A DNA stretch of 64,000 nt from an uncultured Anaerolineales bacterium (GTDB lineage Bacteria > Chloroflexota > Anaerolineae > UBA7937 > JACPPX01), in the NCBI GenBank assembly GCA_964348195.1, contig CAYGBX010000001.1, forward strand, positions 15,148 through 79,147, read 5' to 3'. The notes under the pieces were generated by a model. The model saw nothing but the letters and a program-made list of their open reading frames with translations, was not told where the DNA came from and searched no databases. A program made the position numbers and the translations under genes. Below, in pieces: positions 9,501-17,626 of this stretch (positions within the stretch are counted from its first letter, which is position 1; each line of letters opens with the position of its first letter).

Positions 9501-12500
9501 GCCCCACCGCCTCCTCCAACGCAGAAAGCGCTTCGTCGAGATCTCCCTGGGCGCGACACACTCGGGCATACCCGCGATGGTGCCTCGTGTCAGCGGGATC
9601 CAGGGACATCGCTTGCCGGTACCGCTCGCGGGCCTGCTCTGTCTCTCCCTGCTCCTCGAAGGCCTGGCCCAGCAGATGTTGGGCCTCGGCGTCCGAGGGA
9701 TCGGTGGCGAGTGCGCATTCCAATGCCTCCCTGGCCTCGTCCGTTTGACCGGCCCGGAGCAGAACGCGTCCCTTGCGCCGGAGATGTCCCGGCTCCTCCG
9801 GCTCCACGCGGATCGCCTCCTCGTACTCGCGCAGCGACTCCTCCAACCGACCCTCTGCCTCCAGGATCTCTCCGATCCGGGCGTGGATGGCGGCCGATCC
9901 ACCATTCCCCGCCCCGAGAGCCCTGCGCAGGGCTTCCAGGGCCTTTGTCGCATCGCCCATCTTTTGGAGCAGGGATCCCGCGGCCAGAGGAAGCTCGCCG
10001 TCGTCCGGCGCCAGCTCTATGGCACGCTGATACGCCTCCAGGGCCTCGCCGTACTCCTCTCGGCCCTCGGCGACCGCGCCCCAGAGTCGCAGAGTGAGGG
10101 CGTCGGTGGGGTCGAGCGTCAGTGTCCGCTCCAACGCGGCGCGAGCTTCGTTGAGCCGTCCCATCTGCAGGCTGACCGCTGCCAACCCCCGCTGATGAGC
10201 CGGATCCTCAGGAGCGAGACGAATGGCGCGCCGGTAGCTCCCTAGCGCCGCGTCCAGTCTTCCATCCGCCTTCTGGATCTCGCCCAGAAGTGCGTGTCCC
10301 GTCGCCAGGTCCTTCCCCAGGGAGATTGCTTCGCGAGCCGCGGCCTCCGCCTCCTCCAGACGCGACATTCGCAAGAGCAGCCTTGACAGAGCCAGCCGGT
10401 GCACAGCAGCCTCTGGATCCAGCTCGATCGCGTGACGCAGGGCCCTCAAAGCGCGCGAGCCCTCCCCCTGAGAGGCGTAGGCGATTCCCAGCTCGCGCTG
10501 GATCTCCCCCCGCTCCGGAGCGAGCCGAGCGGCTTCCTCAAGCTCTGCCGTGGCCGCGTCTCCGCGACCGAGCTCCTGAAGTCCGGCCGCCAGATGGGCG
10601 CGTATCTCCGCATTGCCCGGGTCCATGTCCCGGGCCTTCAGATAGGCTTCGACCGCCTCCTCAAGGTCGCCTCTCGCCGCGTGAATCCTCGCGTGCTCGT
10701 GGTGGACGGATGCCAGGCCTGGGCCCAGATCCAGGGCACTGGAGATGGTGGACAGCGCTTCGTCCAGCCGCTTCAGGCCACGCAGCGCCTCCGCTTCCAG
10801 CACCAGGAAGCCTGGCTCCCCGGGAGCCATCTCGCGGCCGCGACGACACCAGCCCAACGCCTCGTCAAAGCGATTGAGCACGAGATGGACCCGGGCCAGT
10901 CCCGCAAGCGGTGCCGGTCCCAAAGGATCCTGCGCGTGCGCCTGCTCCAGGGCGGCCAACGCCTCGCTGCCGCGGCCAGCCACGATCAGCGCCATTCCCA
11001 AGTGGAGATGCCCGTGGGCGTTCTCCGGCTCCAGGCGGCTCGCCTCTCGATAGGACTCTACAGCCTGGGAGGATCGGCCTTGGGCGGCGAAAACCGCTCC
11101 CTGGACGCGGTGGGCCTCAGCGAATTGCGGGGCTCCCTCCACGGCGCGCTCGGCGAACCGAGCCGCCTCATCGAGCTCCCCCTGCTCAGACAAGACCCGG
11201 GCCAAGCCAACTTGATACAGGGGCTCGTCGGGATCCTGGCCGGCGGCCTGCTCATAGGCGCCCTTCGCCTCCTCCAGCCAACCCTGGCCTTCGTAGGCCC
11301 GAGCCAGTTCGTTGAGCACCGAAGGGTCGGAGTCGTCTTGAGATCGGGCCCTCTCGAGGAACTCCCGTGCCTCTTCGAACCGGCCCATCTCGTTGAGCAC
11401 CCGACCCACACTCGCAAGGTAACGAGCTTCCTCTGCCTGCAGGGCCGCGGCGCGGCGGAAGGCCTGGAGCGCCTCGGCCATTCGCCCTTCCGCCTCGTAG
11501 GCAAGCCCAAGCTGATGGTGGGTGTCCACGTAGGCTGTGCCAGCCGCGGCCACGGCTCCTTCCAGCTCCTCCACGGCCTGGGCGTGCTGATCCATCTGCT
11601 GCAGAACCAGCCCGCGGTTGCGCCGCCGGAAGAGCTCTTCGGTGCGAACCCCGGATGGATCCTTCTCCCAGGAGCCCAGATCGAGGGACCCTTCCTCCAG
11701 GCTTCTCTCCAGTAGAATCGCGGCCGCCCGATGGCAACCCTCCTGCTTGAGAAGCCTCCCCAGCCGATAGGCGGTGGCCCCATCCACGGCGGGGCCGGAG
11801 GCGGAGAGAAGGTCGGTGACCTTGCCCACCTGGCCCTCGGGCGGCTCGTTGTCGGCAATGCTGCGGGCAGCGAGCCGGAGGGAGGCCTCGTCTCCCTTGA
11901 CGAGCAGGGCTTGAAGGTAGGCCAGAGGATCCGGAGCGAAGGCGTAGCCTTGGACGACGGCGCCCTCGGCCATGGGTTCCCTGCTGAGGGCGGCGACTCG
12001 CTCCCAGCCACCGCTTCTTCCCAGGGCCTGTCCCGCGAAGTGCTCTAGCACGAGCGGATCCAGAAACGCCACCGCCCCTCGCCCGCGCCGGACCAGAAGG
12101 CCAGTCGCCAGAATCCGCTCCAGGAGAGCACCAGCACCTCGGCCGTCCGCGGAAACCTCTTCGAAGCGCTCGAGCCAGGCCTCCCGTGGCGCGTGGTTGC
12201 GGCCCTCCGCGAGCAGGCCAACGGCAGCCGTCTCCAGCGCCGCGTCAGCCCCCTCTGGCATCTCCTGCACCAATCGCTCGACAGCGGTGGAGATCACGTC
12301 GCCCGGCCTCCACCAGCGGCGAACAGCGTCCGATTCCCGCGCCAGCTCGACCAGCGCCGACAGGAAGAGGGGGGAATGGACCAAGTTCCAGAGGTCTGGC
12401 CGCCGGCGCAGCCGCTCCTCAACCTCCTGTGCCAGAGGCCGCTCCAGCCGCTGCGCAAGGTAGCGGCGAACGTCGTCGTCGGAGAGGGGCAGGATCTCCC

Positions 12501-13071
12501 AGGTGGAGATCTCGCCCAGCCAGCGCCGATATATAGAGAAGTCCGCGCTTCGGCAGGCTACCACCGCACGCTGATCTCGGAGGGTGGTACCGACCAACCG
12601 TTCGATCTCCTCCAGAGCATAGTGGCTGGTGATGCGATCCAGGTTGTCGAGCAGCAGGGTCACGTAGCCCCGTCCGAGGAGGGAGCTGAGAGCCGAACGC
12701 TCCATGTCGGGATCGCCCAGAGAGGCGGCGATTCGCTCGCGGATGCCATCCCCTTCCTCCATGGGCGCCAGGTCCACCAGCAGAGGCACGGGACGATCCC
12801 GCTCTCCCGGCATGGCGTCCTCCGCCAAGACGGTCACCAAGTGTTCCAAGAAGACCGTCTTGCCTGCCCCCGGTCCGCCGAGCACCACGGCTCGGCCCGC
12901 ATCCAGGATCGCCCGGGTGGCGTCCGGGGCGGGACTGTCCGCGAGGGGTCGCGTCAGCCGAGGTGGGATGTAGGGGCCGCCAGCACCTCCGGAGCGCTCC
13001 TGCACCCCGGCCAGATGCCGGCGCAGGACCGCCAGGCCCGAAGGGGCGGCCCCTTCATTGCGTTCCGCCAT
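6535..13071 (-). CDS. STAND-class NTPase (NACHT/AAA-like) fused to a ~1800-aa TPR array
   Basis: 2178 aa. Walker A VVLGGPGAGKTVFLEHL, Walker B VTLLLDNLD, sensor-1-like VVACRSADF, then winged-helix-like region. From about residue 400 to the C-terminus there are uninterrupted TPRs (dozens of A-x-x-x-Y/F...A-L-x-L-x-P units). SD GGGGAGG 4 nt upstream of the ATG. No N-terminal effector domain. Confidence 0.85.
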   Translation of the reverse strand: MAERNEGAAPSGLAVLRRHLAGVQERSGGAGGPYIPPRLTRPLADSPAPDATRAILDAGRAVVLGGPGAGKTVFLEHLVTVLAEDAMPGERDRPVPLLVDLAPMEEGDGIRERIAASLGDPDMERSALSSLLGRGYVTLLLDNLDRITSHYALEEIERLVGTTLRDQRAVVACRSADFSIYRRWLGEISTWEILPLSDDDVRRYLAQRLERPLAQEVEERLRRRPDLWNLVHSPLFLSALVELARESDAVRRWWRPGDVISTAVERLVQEMPEGADAALETAAVGLLAEGRNHAPREAWLERFEEVSADGRGAGALLERILATGLLVRRGRGAVAFLDPLVLEHFAGQALGRSGGWERVAALSREPMAEGAVVQGYAFAPDPLAYLQALLVKGDEASLRLAARSIADNEPPEGQVGKVTDLLSASGPAVDGATAYRLGRLLKQEGCHRAAAILLERSLEEGSLDLGSWEKDPSGVRTEELFRRRNRGLVLQQMDQHAQAVEELEGAVAAAGTAYVDTHHQLGLAYEAEGRMAEALQAFRRAAALQAEEARYLASVGRVLNEMGRFEEAREFLERARSQDDSDPSVLNELARAYEGQGWLEEAKGAYEQAAGQDPDEPLYQVGLARVLSEQGELDEAARFAERAVEGAPQFAEAHRVQGAVFAAQGRSSQAVESYREASRLEPENAHGHLHLGMALIVAGRGSEALAALEQAHAQDPLGPAPLAGLARVHLVLNRFDEALGWCRRGREMAPGEPGFLVLEAEALRGLKRLDEALSTISSALDLGPGLASVHHEHARIHAARGDLEEAVEAYLKARDMDPGNAEIRAHLAAGLQELGRGDAATAELEEAARLAPERGEIQRELGIAYASQGEGSRALRALRHAIELDPEAAVHRLALSRLLLRMSRLEEAEAAAREAISLGKDLATGHALLGEIQKADGRLDAALGSYRRAIRLAPEDPAHQRGLAAVSLQMGRLNEARAALERTLTLDPTDALTLRLWGAVAEGREEYGEALEAYQRAIELAPDDGELPLAAGSLLQKMGDATKALEALRRALGAGNGGSAAIHARIGEILEAEGRLEESLREYEEAIRVEPEEPGHLRRKGRVLLRAGQTDEAREALECALATDPSDAEAQHLLGQAFEEQGETEQARERYRQAMSLDPADTRHHRGYARVCRAQGDLDEALSALEEAVGRKQGGAELQFELANLYQAADRMEEALSAGRRAIAQAPDEPRYLQWMGRTLLDLGRGEEAVAALEEAVALNPHDPALRETLGEGFESNGWHPEALEAYQGAGESLFLDPSHLGRMSRVLDQMGRVDEAEASLERARSTDSDDPQAHLNLARILEERGDLAAALDEVAKAERIAPEESTVHLARGNLLSALGRREEAEEALATAVALDSEPVEALLGLGRLQEAMGKLEEARSSYRKAASLQPRSAEPHLALSALERQLGREAQAATVLERAIANLPGSAPLHHRLGQLYREAGRWDAARTQFEEAVACDGKDAIHHRDLGALLLEREHAEEATVALERALEMDSADPEALYLLGRAREKAGQVEQALGFYQRALDLIPHDAQIREALGGALLASGRALEAVHVLEPLATEEGTDPRATFRLGQAYEGAGRLEDAQRLYDEASRLAPHDPTYVLRLGAVERALGKASENGASDHWYAKAAGSLQAALDLKPNWAEAYSELGLLNAAQGDGDKAERLCQKSVDLEPGSPERRRALGSVYRQLGRYEDARRELEAAHSLAPDEAETHYQLGRIHEALGEHDRALSAFRAAVDRSDHDGRYLHALSGTLESAGDHEEAMEAMERAVAAGPGVARWRAVLGGLYERAGRHQSAFEQYRKAVELAPRAAEFHRAAASALSHMRRWDKAVEHLEEAVRLDPNDLRARSALGAAYQEVGRNSDSADAYRRALETQPQDPTLWLGLGVALEGMGRFEEAIACFEEALSLGGAKAASYAHLGHLQEKRGDLEQALAHYQRASDLEPQDPAYPHRVAEVLHRQGDYHAALEALDEATSRDPQYAPAYISRARTYLDQDRFDDALEAYHKALRAAPEEKAYHSEVGALCRRLGHTDKAVAHFRKMAELDPASGQAHSELGRTHEEQGNYDRALREFLLACQTEPGEADHHFRAGLLYKRLKQYSESAEMFREAVRLDPKNANAFKQLAATTALAWVHGGGS

Positions 13072-13081
13072 GGGCCCTCCC

Positions 13082-13426
13082 CTAGAGCCCCGTGGTGAGC
13101 CAGAAGGCGACTATGCTGATGGTGACACCCGCGACCGTGAGGAAGGCACCGATACCGGCAGCGGTACGGATCAGCCGGTTGATGGCTTCCACCAGGTTGG
13201 AAGCGGAGTCGATGATTGGCGCCACGGCATCCTGCGTGACGGCCCGGCCACTGATCTTTATGGACTGAGCCGAGAGGTGCTTCATGGCGCTGTGGTACTC
13301 CTTGGACAGGATGATCCACAGACCGGAGACGGTGCAGACCACCCCGATCAGGAACAGGATCACCGCCATCCCGACCTCGAGGTCAGCGGCTGGCATTGGG
13401 ACCTCCTTTCGCGATCCGCACGGCAC
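13082..13426 (-). CDS. Small membrane protein (2 predicted TM helices), unknown function
   Basis: 114-aa ORF. Hydrophobic MAVILFLIGVVCTVSGLWIIL and GIGAFLTVAGVTISIVAFWLTTGL flank a ~60-aa soluble segment. The ORF-track start overlaps the receiver gene by 44 nt. The true start is probably internal (Met at 13396 or GTG/ATG near 13370). Confidence 0.5.
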   Translation of the reverse strand: MPCGSRKEVPMPAADLEVGMAVILFLIGVVCTVSGLWIILSKEYHSAMKHLSAQSIKISGRAVTQDAVAPIIDSASNLVEAINRLIRTAAGIGAFLTVAGVTISIVAFWLTTGL

Positions 13427-13811
13427 GGCGGACCAGCTGCTTCATCTCCTCCATCTCGAAGGGCTTGCTGACATAGGCAGAGACTCCGACGCGTTCCGCC
13501 TCCGCCTCCACATCGCTGCATCCATAGGCGGTCATGAGAATGGCCTGGGTTCTGGTCTGGAGCCCTCGGGCGGCGCGCAGCAATTGGATCCCGCTCAGGC
13601 CAGGCATCCTCAGGTCGGCGATGATCACGTCCGGCTGCCTCTCAGCTACCGCCTCCAGCGCGTCCTCGCCTGAATGGCGAACCTCAACCTCGTACCCCGG
13701 CTCCTCCTCCAGCGCGCTGCGCAGGAAGTGGGCCAGGGTTCGCTCGTCCTCAGCGATGAGGATTCGGGAGGTTCGTGCGTCTACCCTTTTCTGCGTGATC
13801 GCGGTCGCCAC
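13383..13811 (-). CDS. Single-domain response regulator (CheY-like receiver)
   Basis: 142 aa. RILIAEDE, phospho-acceptor IIADLRMPG, LMTAYG, SKPF. GTG start with GAGG SD 8 nt upstream. First gene downstream of the sigma-54 promoters. Confidence 0.8.
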   Translation of the reverse strand: MATAITQKRVDARTSRILIAEDERTLAHFLRSALEEEPGYEVEVRHSGEDALEAVAERQPDVIIADLRMPGLSGIQLLRAARGLQTRTQAILMTAYGCSDVEAEAERVGVSAYVSKPFEMEEMKQLVRRAVRIAKGGPNASR

Positions 13812-13836
13812 TCAAGTTCCTCTACATGAGATACTC

Positions 13837-13852
13837 GCAAGATCCGTGCCAG
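13837..13852 (-). promoter_or_regulatory. Sigma-54 (RpoN) -24/-12 promoter, proximal copy (P2), transcribing toward 13811
   Basis: Minus-strand reading of 13837-13852 = CTGGCACGGATCTTGC. TGGCACG-N4-TTGC matches consensus spacing and bases exactly. -12 C at ~13837, predicted TSS ~13825, 14 nt before the GTG start. Confidence 0.6.
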
Positions 13853-13896
13853 CCCCCTGCCGACCGAGATGGGGCGGGCTCCACGATTGGGGAGCA

Positions 13897-13912
13897 GCAA
13901 GATCCGTGCCTG
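13897..13912 (-). promoter_or_regulatory. Sigma-54 -24/-12 promoter, distal copy (P1)
   Basis: Minus-strand reading = CAGGCACGGATCTTGCT. Identical 14-nt core GGCACGGATCTTGC exactly 60 bp upstream of P2, -12 TTGCT. Confidence 0.55.
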
Positions 13913-14000
13913 ACAGGCCCGATTCAGGCGTGGAGAGAGCGCCCGACTGCTCCTCGGCGGCTCCCGGATCGACTACCGCGGTTCGGTGAGACGGGGTGAC

Positions 14001-14035
14001 ACTGGGGGGACTTCCCCAACTGGGGGAAATCCCCC
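14001..14035. promoter_or_regulatory. Candidate enhancer (UAS) for the adjacent sigma-54 activator: two adjacent imperfect dyads
   Basis: ACTGGGGGGACTTCCCC (14001-14017) and ACTGGGGGAAATCCCCC (14019-14035). Both are TGGGGG-N2-3-CCCCCA dyads, 18 bp centre to centre, ~100-130 bp upstream of the sigma-54 -24 elements and ~150 bp from the end of the bEBP gene. Confidence 0.35.
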
Positions 14036-14187
14036 ATCAGAAGAGGGATCGGCGCGCAACAGGAGCTGTGTGCCAGCGCCGGCTGGACGGACGAGGGCAG
14101 CGAGCCAGGACGCGTTCAGAGAGCTGTGCTAGCCGAAGGTGGAGTACGTGATCCGGGGCCCGCGGTGGATGAGGACGCGAGGAGAGG

Positions 14188-15561
14188 CTACTTCAGGCCG
14201 TACTTCGAAAGGGAGTAGCGGAGGACGTCGCGGGTGACGCCCAGGAGGCGGGCAGCCTCGCTCTGGTTTCCGCCGGTCCGCTCCAGCGCCTGGGCGATCA
14301 TCCGCCTTTCGAACTCGGCGACCGTCCCCTTCAGATCGATGCCCGCATCGTCGAGGGTCGCCTCAAGCGACGGGGCCAGAGGCAAGAAGGCCCTGTCGGT
14401 AACGATCTCTCCGGGCAGGTGAGCCGGCTGAATCTCATCGCCGTCGCAGAGGATGACCGCGCGCTCCATCACGTTTCTCAGCTCTCGGACGTTGCCGGGC
14501 CAGTCGTACCTGCGAAGGAGCTCCATCGCCTCCTCTGAGACCCCGGTCACGTTCTTTCCCATGGCCTCTGCGTACTCGGCCAGGAAAGTCAAGACCATAG
14601 GGTCGACATCGCCCGGTCGGTCGCGAAGCGGCGGCACCTCGATCACGACCACCCCAAGCCGGTAGTAGAGATCCTCGCGAAACTCCCCCGAATCCATGGC
14701 GGCTCTCAGGTCCCGGTTGCTGGCGGAAACGACCCGGATGTCCACCTGGATGTCACGCTCGCCCCCTACCCGACGGAAGGACTCGGTCTCCAGCACCCGG
14801 AGCAGCTTGGCCTGCAGATCCGGCCTCATACTCCCGATCTCGTCCAGAAACAGTGTCCCGCCGTCGGCCGTCTCCAGCAGCCCTTTCTTCTGTCGCTTGG
14901 CGTCGGTGAAGGCGCCGCGTTCGTGGCCGAACAGCTCGCTCTCAAGGAGGGTGTCCGGGATCGCCGCGCAGTTGATGGCCACAAAGGGACCATCGGCGCG
15001 GTCGCTCTGACGATAGAGGGCGCGGGCGATGACCTCCTTGCCCGTGCCGCTTTCCCCCTGGATCAGCACGCTGGCCTTGCTGGCCGCAAGCCGCGCCACG
15101 AGCCTCTCTATCTCTCGCATAGCCGGGCTGTCACCGATGACCCAGGGACGATCCCCATCGCCCCGGCCCCGCAGCCGGGCAAGCTCTTCGCGCAGGGCAC
15201 GCGACTCCAGGGCGCGCGCGATCGTCAGCTTGAGATCATCAAGATCGGGGGGCTTCTCAAGATAGTCATAGACCTTGAGCCGCATGGCCTCCACGGCGCT
15301 GCCAACCGATCCGTACCCTGTCATCATGATCACCGGCAATTCGGCATCGCCGGCACGGATGGCCCGGAGCACCTCCATCCCCTCCACATCGGGCAGCTTG
15401 AGGTCGAGGAGGACCAGGTCGATCTCGCGCTGTCCTACGGCCTCCAATCCCTCCCGGCCCGTCCCCGCCGCGACTACCTCGTAGCCCTCCTCGAGGAGGG
15501 ACTCCCTGAGGAAATGGCTGAGGGTGGACTCGTCCTCGACGATCAGGATGGTGCGACTCAC
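14188..15561 (-). CDS. Sigma-54-dependent transcriptional activator (NtrC/Fis family bEBP: REC + AAA+ sigma-54 interaction + Fis HTH)
   Basis: 457 aa. Receiver ILIVEDE...LVLLDLKLPDVEG. AAA+ VLIQGESGTGKE, GAFTDA (GAFTGA variant), ELFGHERGAFTDA, VRELRN. C-terminal Fis-type HTH QSEAARLLGVTRDVLRYSL. Confidence 0.9.
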   Translation of the reverse strand: MSRTILIVEDESTLSHFLRESLLEEGYEVVAAGTGREGLEAVGQREIDLVLLDLKLPDVEGMEVLRAIRAGDAELPVIMMTGYGSVGSAVEAMRLKVYDYLEKPPDLDDLKLTIARALESRALREELARLRGRGDGDRPWVIGDSPAMREIERLVARLAASKASVLIQGESGTGKEVIARALYRQSDRADGPFVAINCAAIPDTLLESELFGHERGAFTDAKRQKKGLLETADGGTLFLDEIGSMRPDLQAKLLRVLETESFRRVGGERDIQVDIRVVSASNRDLRAAMDSGEFREDLYYRLGVVVIEVPPLRDRPGDVDPMVLTFLAEYAEAMGKNVTGVSEEAMELLRRYDWPGNVRELRNVMERAVILCDGDEIQPAHLPGEIVTDRAFLPLAPSLEATLDDAGIDLKGTVAEFERRMIAQALERTGGNQSEAARLLGVTRDVLRYSLSKYGLK

Positions 15562-15567
15562 CTTACC

Positions 15568-17625
15568 CTACCCTCCCAGTGGGATTCGGACGACGAATGC
15601 CGTGGCCCCCATTGGGTCACTCTCGGCCTGGATTTCGCCTCCATGGGCTTCGATGATCCTGCGGGCCACCGCCAGGCCCAGAGGGGCTCCCGCCTCCACC
15701 GAGAATCCCGATTCACTGCCATCGGAGGAGCCAGAGGCCGCCCCGGCAGCCTGGTCCCGTCGAATCTCGATCTCGGCGTACCCGTCCCCGTCGGCAGGGT
15801 CGCTCACGGCCGAAGCAGTGATCGATCCCGATCCAGACTGGCCAGCGATGAGAGCAAGAAGAAGGTGGCGAAAGGCCCGCTGGAGCGCATCGGGGTCGCC
15901 CTGGACTGCCTTGAGGTCACGGCCCAGGTGTGTCTCGATCCCCGAGCCGCGGGCCTCGGCCTGCGAGCGACAGGCCTCGACGGCTGCGTGGAGGGTCTGC
16001 CCGAGGTCGGTGGGCACCGGCTGCAACCTCACCGGGCGCGACAAGAGGAGGAGCTCGTCGATCACCCGCTTCACCCGCAGGCTCTCCTGGAGGATCATCT
16101 GCAGCCCTTCGTGGCCCTCATCATCGGGATCGCTCTGCCCCGCGAGGTGCTGGATCCCGGTTACGATGCCAGCCAGGGGGTTCCGGATCTCGTGAGCCAC
16201 GGTCGCCGAGATCGCTTCCAAGGCCGAGCCGTAGCCCGCGCGCTCCCGAACACGCTCCAGTCTGGCCTCCTCTTCCAGGTCGTGGAGCACGACCACTGAT
16301 CCGGATCCAAACTCTGCATCCCAGAGGTGAAGGGACACCCTCAGCCGCCTGTCTCCTATCTCGAGTTCCTCCCACCACGGCGCCCAGCGCGCGGCTCCGT
16401 CATCCGGGGCGCCAAGGGTCTCCGACCCCAGCAGCGCGGCCAGCGAACGGCCGACGAGGCGGGAGGGGTTCCCCAGAAACCGCTCCGCCCTCCGGCTGGC
16501 CACGACGACCCGTCCTTCTCCGTCGAGCACCAACGCGGCAAGGGGCAATGAGCGCCAGGCCTCCTGCCGCAACCGACCCCGCACCTCCAGTCTCCGGCTC
16601 GCCCGCCGACGCGCCTCGCTCTTGTACCGGGTGAGGCCGGCCCCCAGCCGGCGGCCGAAGCCAACCAACTCCTCGAGGTGGCCGGGGGTGAGCGCCTGGG
16701 CCGGGTGGCCCACCACCAGCAGCACCCCGAGGAGTTGGCCGTTGCCTGAGACGGGTATCAGCGCGCCGGTTCCCACTCCGGGAGCTTTCGAGACCACGCT
16801 CCAGTACCAGGGATCCGCCGAATCCTCCTCCAGCAGGATCGGCCCGGCCTCCTCCCGGAGCCGCTCCACCAGGCCGTAGCCGGAATGAAGCCGGCGGCTC
16901 GCCCGCTCCTCGAAGGAGGCCGAGGGGAACAAGCGATGGTCGACAAGCCGGTACTCATCGCGGGCGGCATCGAGCAGGAACACGGCCGCGCGGCCGACTG
17001 GAGGAAGGTCCAGCGCCGCCTGCAACCCCGCTGCCACAGCTTCCTCCGTGCTATCTGCGGTGAGCAGGCGGAGGGTGAGGTTGTCGAGGCGAATCAGAGA
17101 CTCCCAGCGGCGCTGAGTGGCCCGTGCCTTCTGGGATTCGCGCCGTCCGCGGGACGCCGGGTCCAAGTCAGCGGAGATCTCAATCTCGGTCCCGGTTCCT
17201 TCCTGCTTGTCGGAGAGCTCCGGGCCATCGGGCGAACGGACGGTCCCGGACCAAGTCCTGCTCCCGGACGGCAGGGCACGGGAGACAGCGGCCCGAAGCA
17301 TCGAGGGATCGACCGGCTTCTCCAGGTAGTCGGCGGCGCCCAGCCTCATGGCCTTCACTGCATCTCCCACCGAGCCGGGACCGATCATCAGCACGCCGGG
17401 ACCATCCCTGCCTTCGGCGCGAATCGTCCGCAGCAGCTCAAGCCCATCGCCATCGGGCAGCTCCGTTTCGATGAGGACCAGGTCCACAGACTCGCGGGCC
17501 AGAGTTCCGAGTCCCTCCTGACCGGTGCGCGACCAGAGCACCTCGTACCCCTCCTCTTCCAGAGCCTGGCGGAGGAAGAAGCTTGTCGCTTCTTCCGCAT
17601 CGATGAGCAGAACCTGCTGGGCCAT
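15568..17625 (-). CDS. Hybrid sensor histidine kinase with N-terminal receiver (REC-GAF/PAS-HisKA-HATPase)
   Basis: 685 aa. N-terminal REC (LLIDAEE...LVLIETELPDGDG...YLEKP), central sensory region, H-box ATVAHEIRNPLAGI, C-terminal ATP-binding G-box. Stop is 6 nt before the bEBP start. Confidence 0.85.
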   Translation of the reverse strand: MAQQVLLIDAEEATSFFLRQALEEEGYEVLWSRTGQEGLGTLARESVDLVLIETELPDGDGLELLRTIRAEGRDGPGVLMIGPGSVGDAVKAMRLGAADYLEKPVDPSMLRAAVSRALPSGSRTWSGTVRSPDGPELSDKQEGTGTEIEISADLDPASRGRRESQKARATQRRWESLIRLDNLTLRLLTADSTEEAVAAGLQAALDLPPVGRAAVFLLDAARDEYRLVDHRLFPSASFEERASRRLHSGYGLVERLREEAGPILLEEDSADPWYWSVVSKAPGVGTGALIPVSGNGQLLGVLLVVGHPAQALTPGHLEELVGFGRRLGAGLTRYKSEARRRASRRLEVRGRLRQEAWRSLPLAALVLDGEGRVVVASRRAERFLGNPSRLVGRSLAALLGSETLGAPDDGAARWAPWWEELEIGDRRLRVSLHLWDAEFGSGSVVVLHDLEEEARLERVRERAGYGSALEAISATVAHEIRNPLAGIVTGIQHLAGQSDPDDEGHEGLQMILQESLRVKRVIDELLLLSRPVRLQPVPTDLGQTLHAAVEACRSQAEARGSGIETHLGRDLKAVQGDPDALQRAFRHLLLALIAGQSGSGSITASAVSDPADGDGYAEIEIRRDQAAGAASGSSDGSESGFSVEAGAPLGLAVARRIIEAHGGEIQAESDPMGATAFVVRIPLGG

Positions 17626-17626
17626 C

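Noticed and set aside
6879-12536. Long Pro/Arg/Gly-rich ORFs on the plus strand (6879-8042, 8965-10245, 9075-10097, 10399-11715) and off-frame minus ORFs (7191-7907, 11058-12011)
   Set aside because: They are antisense or frame-shifted shadows of the 6.5-kb TPR gene. Their composition is low-complexity with no domain signatures.
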